This document shows, piece by piece, positions 49,743 to 51,196 of a DNA stretch of 51,196 nt. Each line of letters starts with the position of its first letter. The first letter of the stretch is position 1. The position numbers and the translations under genes were made by a program. This stretch comes from Peribolospora baueri (lineage: Eukaryota): assembly GCA_029717555.1 (NCBI GenBank), contig JAMDHS010000070.1, forward strand, positions 62,001-113,196. The letters run 5' to 3'. Under the pieces are notes generated by a model. That model saw only the letters and a list, made by a program, of their open reading frames with translations, ran no database searches and had not been told where the DNA came from.

Positions 49743-50935
49743 ATGGCGTCCACAAACTCTCGGCCGGTCGTCTTCATGGATATCTCCATCGGGGAGACGC
49801 CTGCAGGGAGGATCAAGATGCAGCTCTTCTCGGACATTGTGCCAAAGTGAGCGACCGAACAAGGTCCGACGGACGTCGACGGCCCGCGTTGACCTCCTTC
49901 CTTCCTCTTGACGACGTCTCAGGACCGCAGAGAACTTTCGCCAGCTATGTACGGGTGAATACAGGTGAGAAGGCCGCGCGTTTGCAGCTTTTCAATTTCT
50001 CAGGCTGAAGCGTCGGACCTCGCTCCCACAGGAAGAATGCACAGCCGATGGGCTACAAAGGCGCGATTTTCCATCGGTGAGCACCGGTTCCATGCCCGCG
50101 ACGAGGCATACTACCGTCCCTCCGCTGAGTCCGCTTGTGTTTCGCTTTGTCCACCGCAGCGTGATCAAGGACTTTATGGTACAAGGAGGGGACTTTATCA
50201 ATGGAGACGGGACGGGTAGCTTCAGTATTTACGGAGATAAATTTGAGGTGGGCGGTTTCCACGGAAACGTCCAGCGTTCGTCCAGCAGCTTACTCGACGT
50301 GATCTAAATGTGTATCGGATGAGCAGGACGAAAACTTCCAAGAGAAGCACACCGGTCCAGGGCTCCTGTCGATGGTGCGCGGCCCTTGGCTACCCTGATC
50401 AAGCGATGGTAGCGGGACTGACGCCGCCGTCCTCGTTTCGGTCCCTATCAGGCAAACTCCGGCCCCAATACGAATGGCTGTCAGTTCTTCATCACCTGTC
50501 AGGAAGCGGACTTTCTGGACGGCAAGCACGTCGTCTTTGGCAAGGCAAGTACGACGACGCGCGCTTGGGGACGGCTCCGCACGCGGCTCGTCTCTAACTA
50601 GGCTTTTGAACCGCCGCTGGGCATGTCCACAGGTCATCGACGGGCTGTTGACGCTACGGAAAATCGAAAACGTGCCGACAGGTGAGTCGGTCCGAGCGTT
50701 TCTTGCGTGCGATTGGCATTCCTGACGCGAATGCCGCGCACCGGCGCACACTCTCTCTCTTGTCAGGCGCGAACAACCGACCGAAGCTGGCTGTGAAGGT
50801 CACGGGTGAGTGAAGCATGGGCTGTGCCTGGGTGCACGATCTATCAGGGGGCGATGCGTCTCGATCTACGGCGATTCACCACGGCGTGTCTCCACTTGTC
50901 TCGGGCGTGAACCTGCAGAGTGCGGCGAGATGTGA
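49743..50935 (+). CDS. PPIH: Cyclophilin-type PPIase, cyclophilin H (U4/U6 snRNP-associated)-like, 9 exons
   Basis: [97 protein letters not shown]; ends ECGEM-stop. Confidence 0.92.
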
Positions 50936-51196
50936 TCTTGTGGTAGAACGCGATTCGGTGGCGTACTTGTAAATAGCGGATGCGAGCGTTCGCAGGGCAC
51001 GCAGGGCACGCCTGCGAACGTGGTTGCCAGCTTCCGGACCGGAATACCAATGGTGGTCGTGGTCGTCCCACCGAGTTCTTTTGGCGTGAACGCTGCGGCG
51101 GCGCAAGTGGAGCGCCTCTCGATCGCGGCCGCTGACGTCGATACGTTCGTCGACGTCCCCCTTTCTTTCCCTTGATACCCTGGCAGTGGCCGCCAT

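Noticed and set aside
50876..51196. Minus-strand 106-aa ORF at the window edge overlapping the last cyclophilin exon
   Set aside because: It may be the 3' end of a gene outside the window, but it is truncated and has no recognisable motif, so it cannot be supported.
1..51196. CRISPR arrays, rRNA, tRNA, snoRNA, intact transposons, secondary-metabolite cluster
   Set aside because: No repeat-spacer pattern, RNA-gene structure, RT/transposase motifs or biosynthetic core genes were seen by eye. Small ncRNAs could be missed without an Infernal/Rfam scan.

Overview
Eukaryotic, intron-rich, GC-rich fungal DNA, most likely a basidiomycete (GTGAGY/GTGCGY donors, CTGAC/CTAAC branch points, many microsatellites). 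The ORF track fragments most genes, so I stitched exons by hand, and exon boundaries are my reading without transcript support. I can support 16 protein-coding genes. Recognisable ones: a GGA-type VHS/GAT adaptor, long-form tRNase Z, Pmp3, a Nop6-like RRM protein, an Rtg3/MiT-like bHLH factor, an alpha/beta-hydrolase-fold protein, Tma22/DENR, Acb1, an LYRM5-like protein, Nat1/NAA15, Pds5, Yth1/CPSF30 and cyclophilin H. Less clear ones: a degenerate centrin/Rad33-like protein, two large disordered orphans and one uncharacterised protein with a globular core. No rRNA, tRNA, CRISPR array or intact mobile element was seen. This is mostly housekeeping territory, and I did not find a clear novel multi-gene system. 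The best leads are a split centrin-like protein carrying repeated XPA-like GGGF-acidic motifs, a probable non-AUG mitochondrial extension of tRNase Z, a dense E-box/CRE palindrome cluster, a hydrolase lacking its catalytic Ser, functionally coherent head-to-head gene pairs, and unusual splicing (GC-AG introns, microexons).
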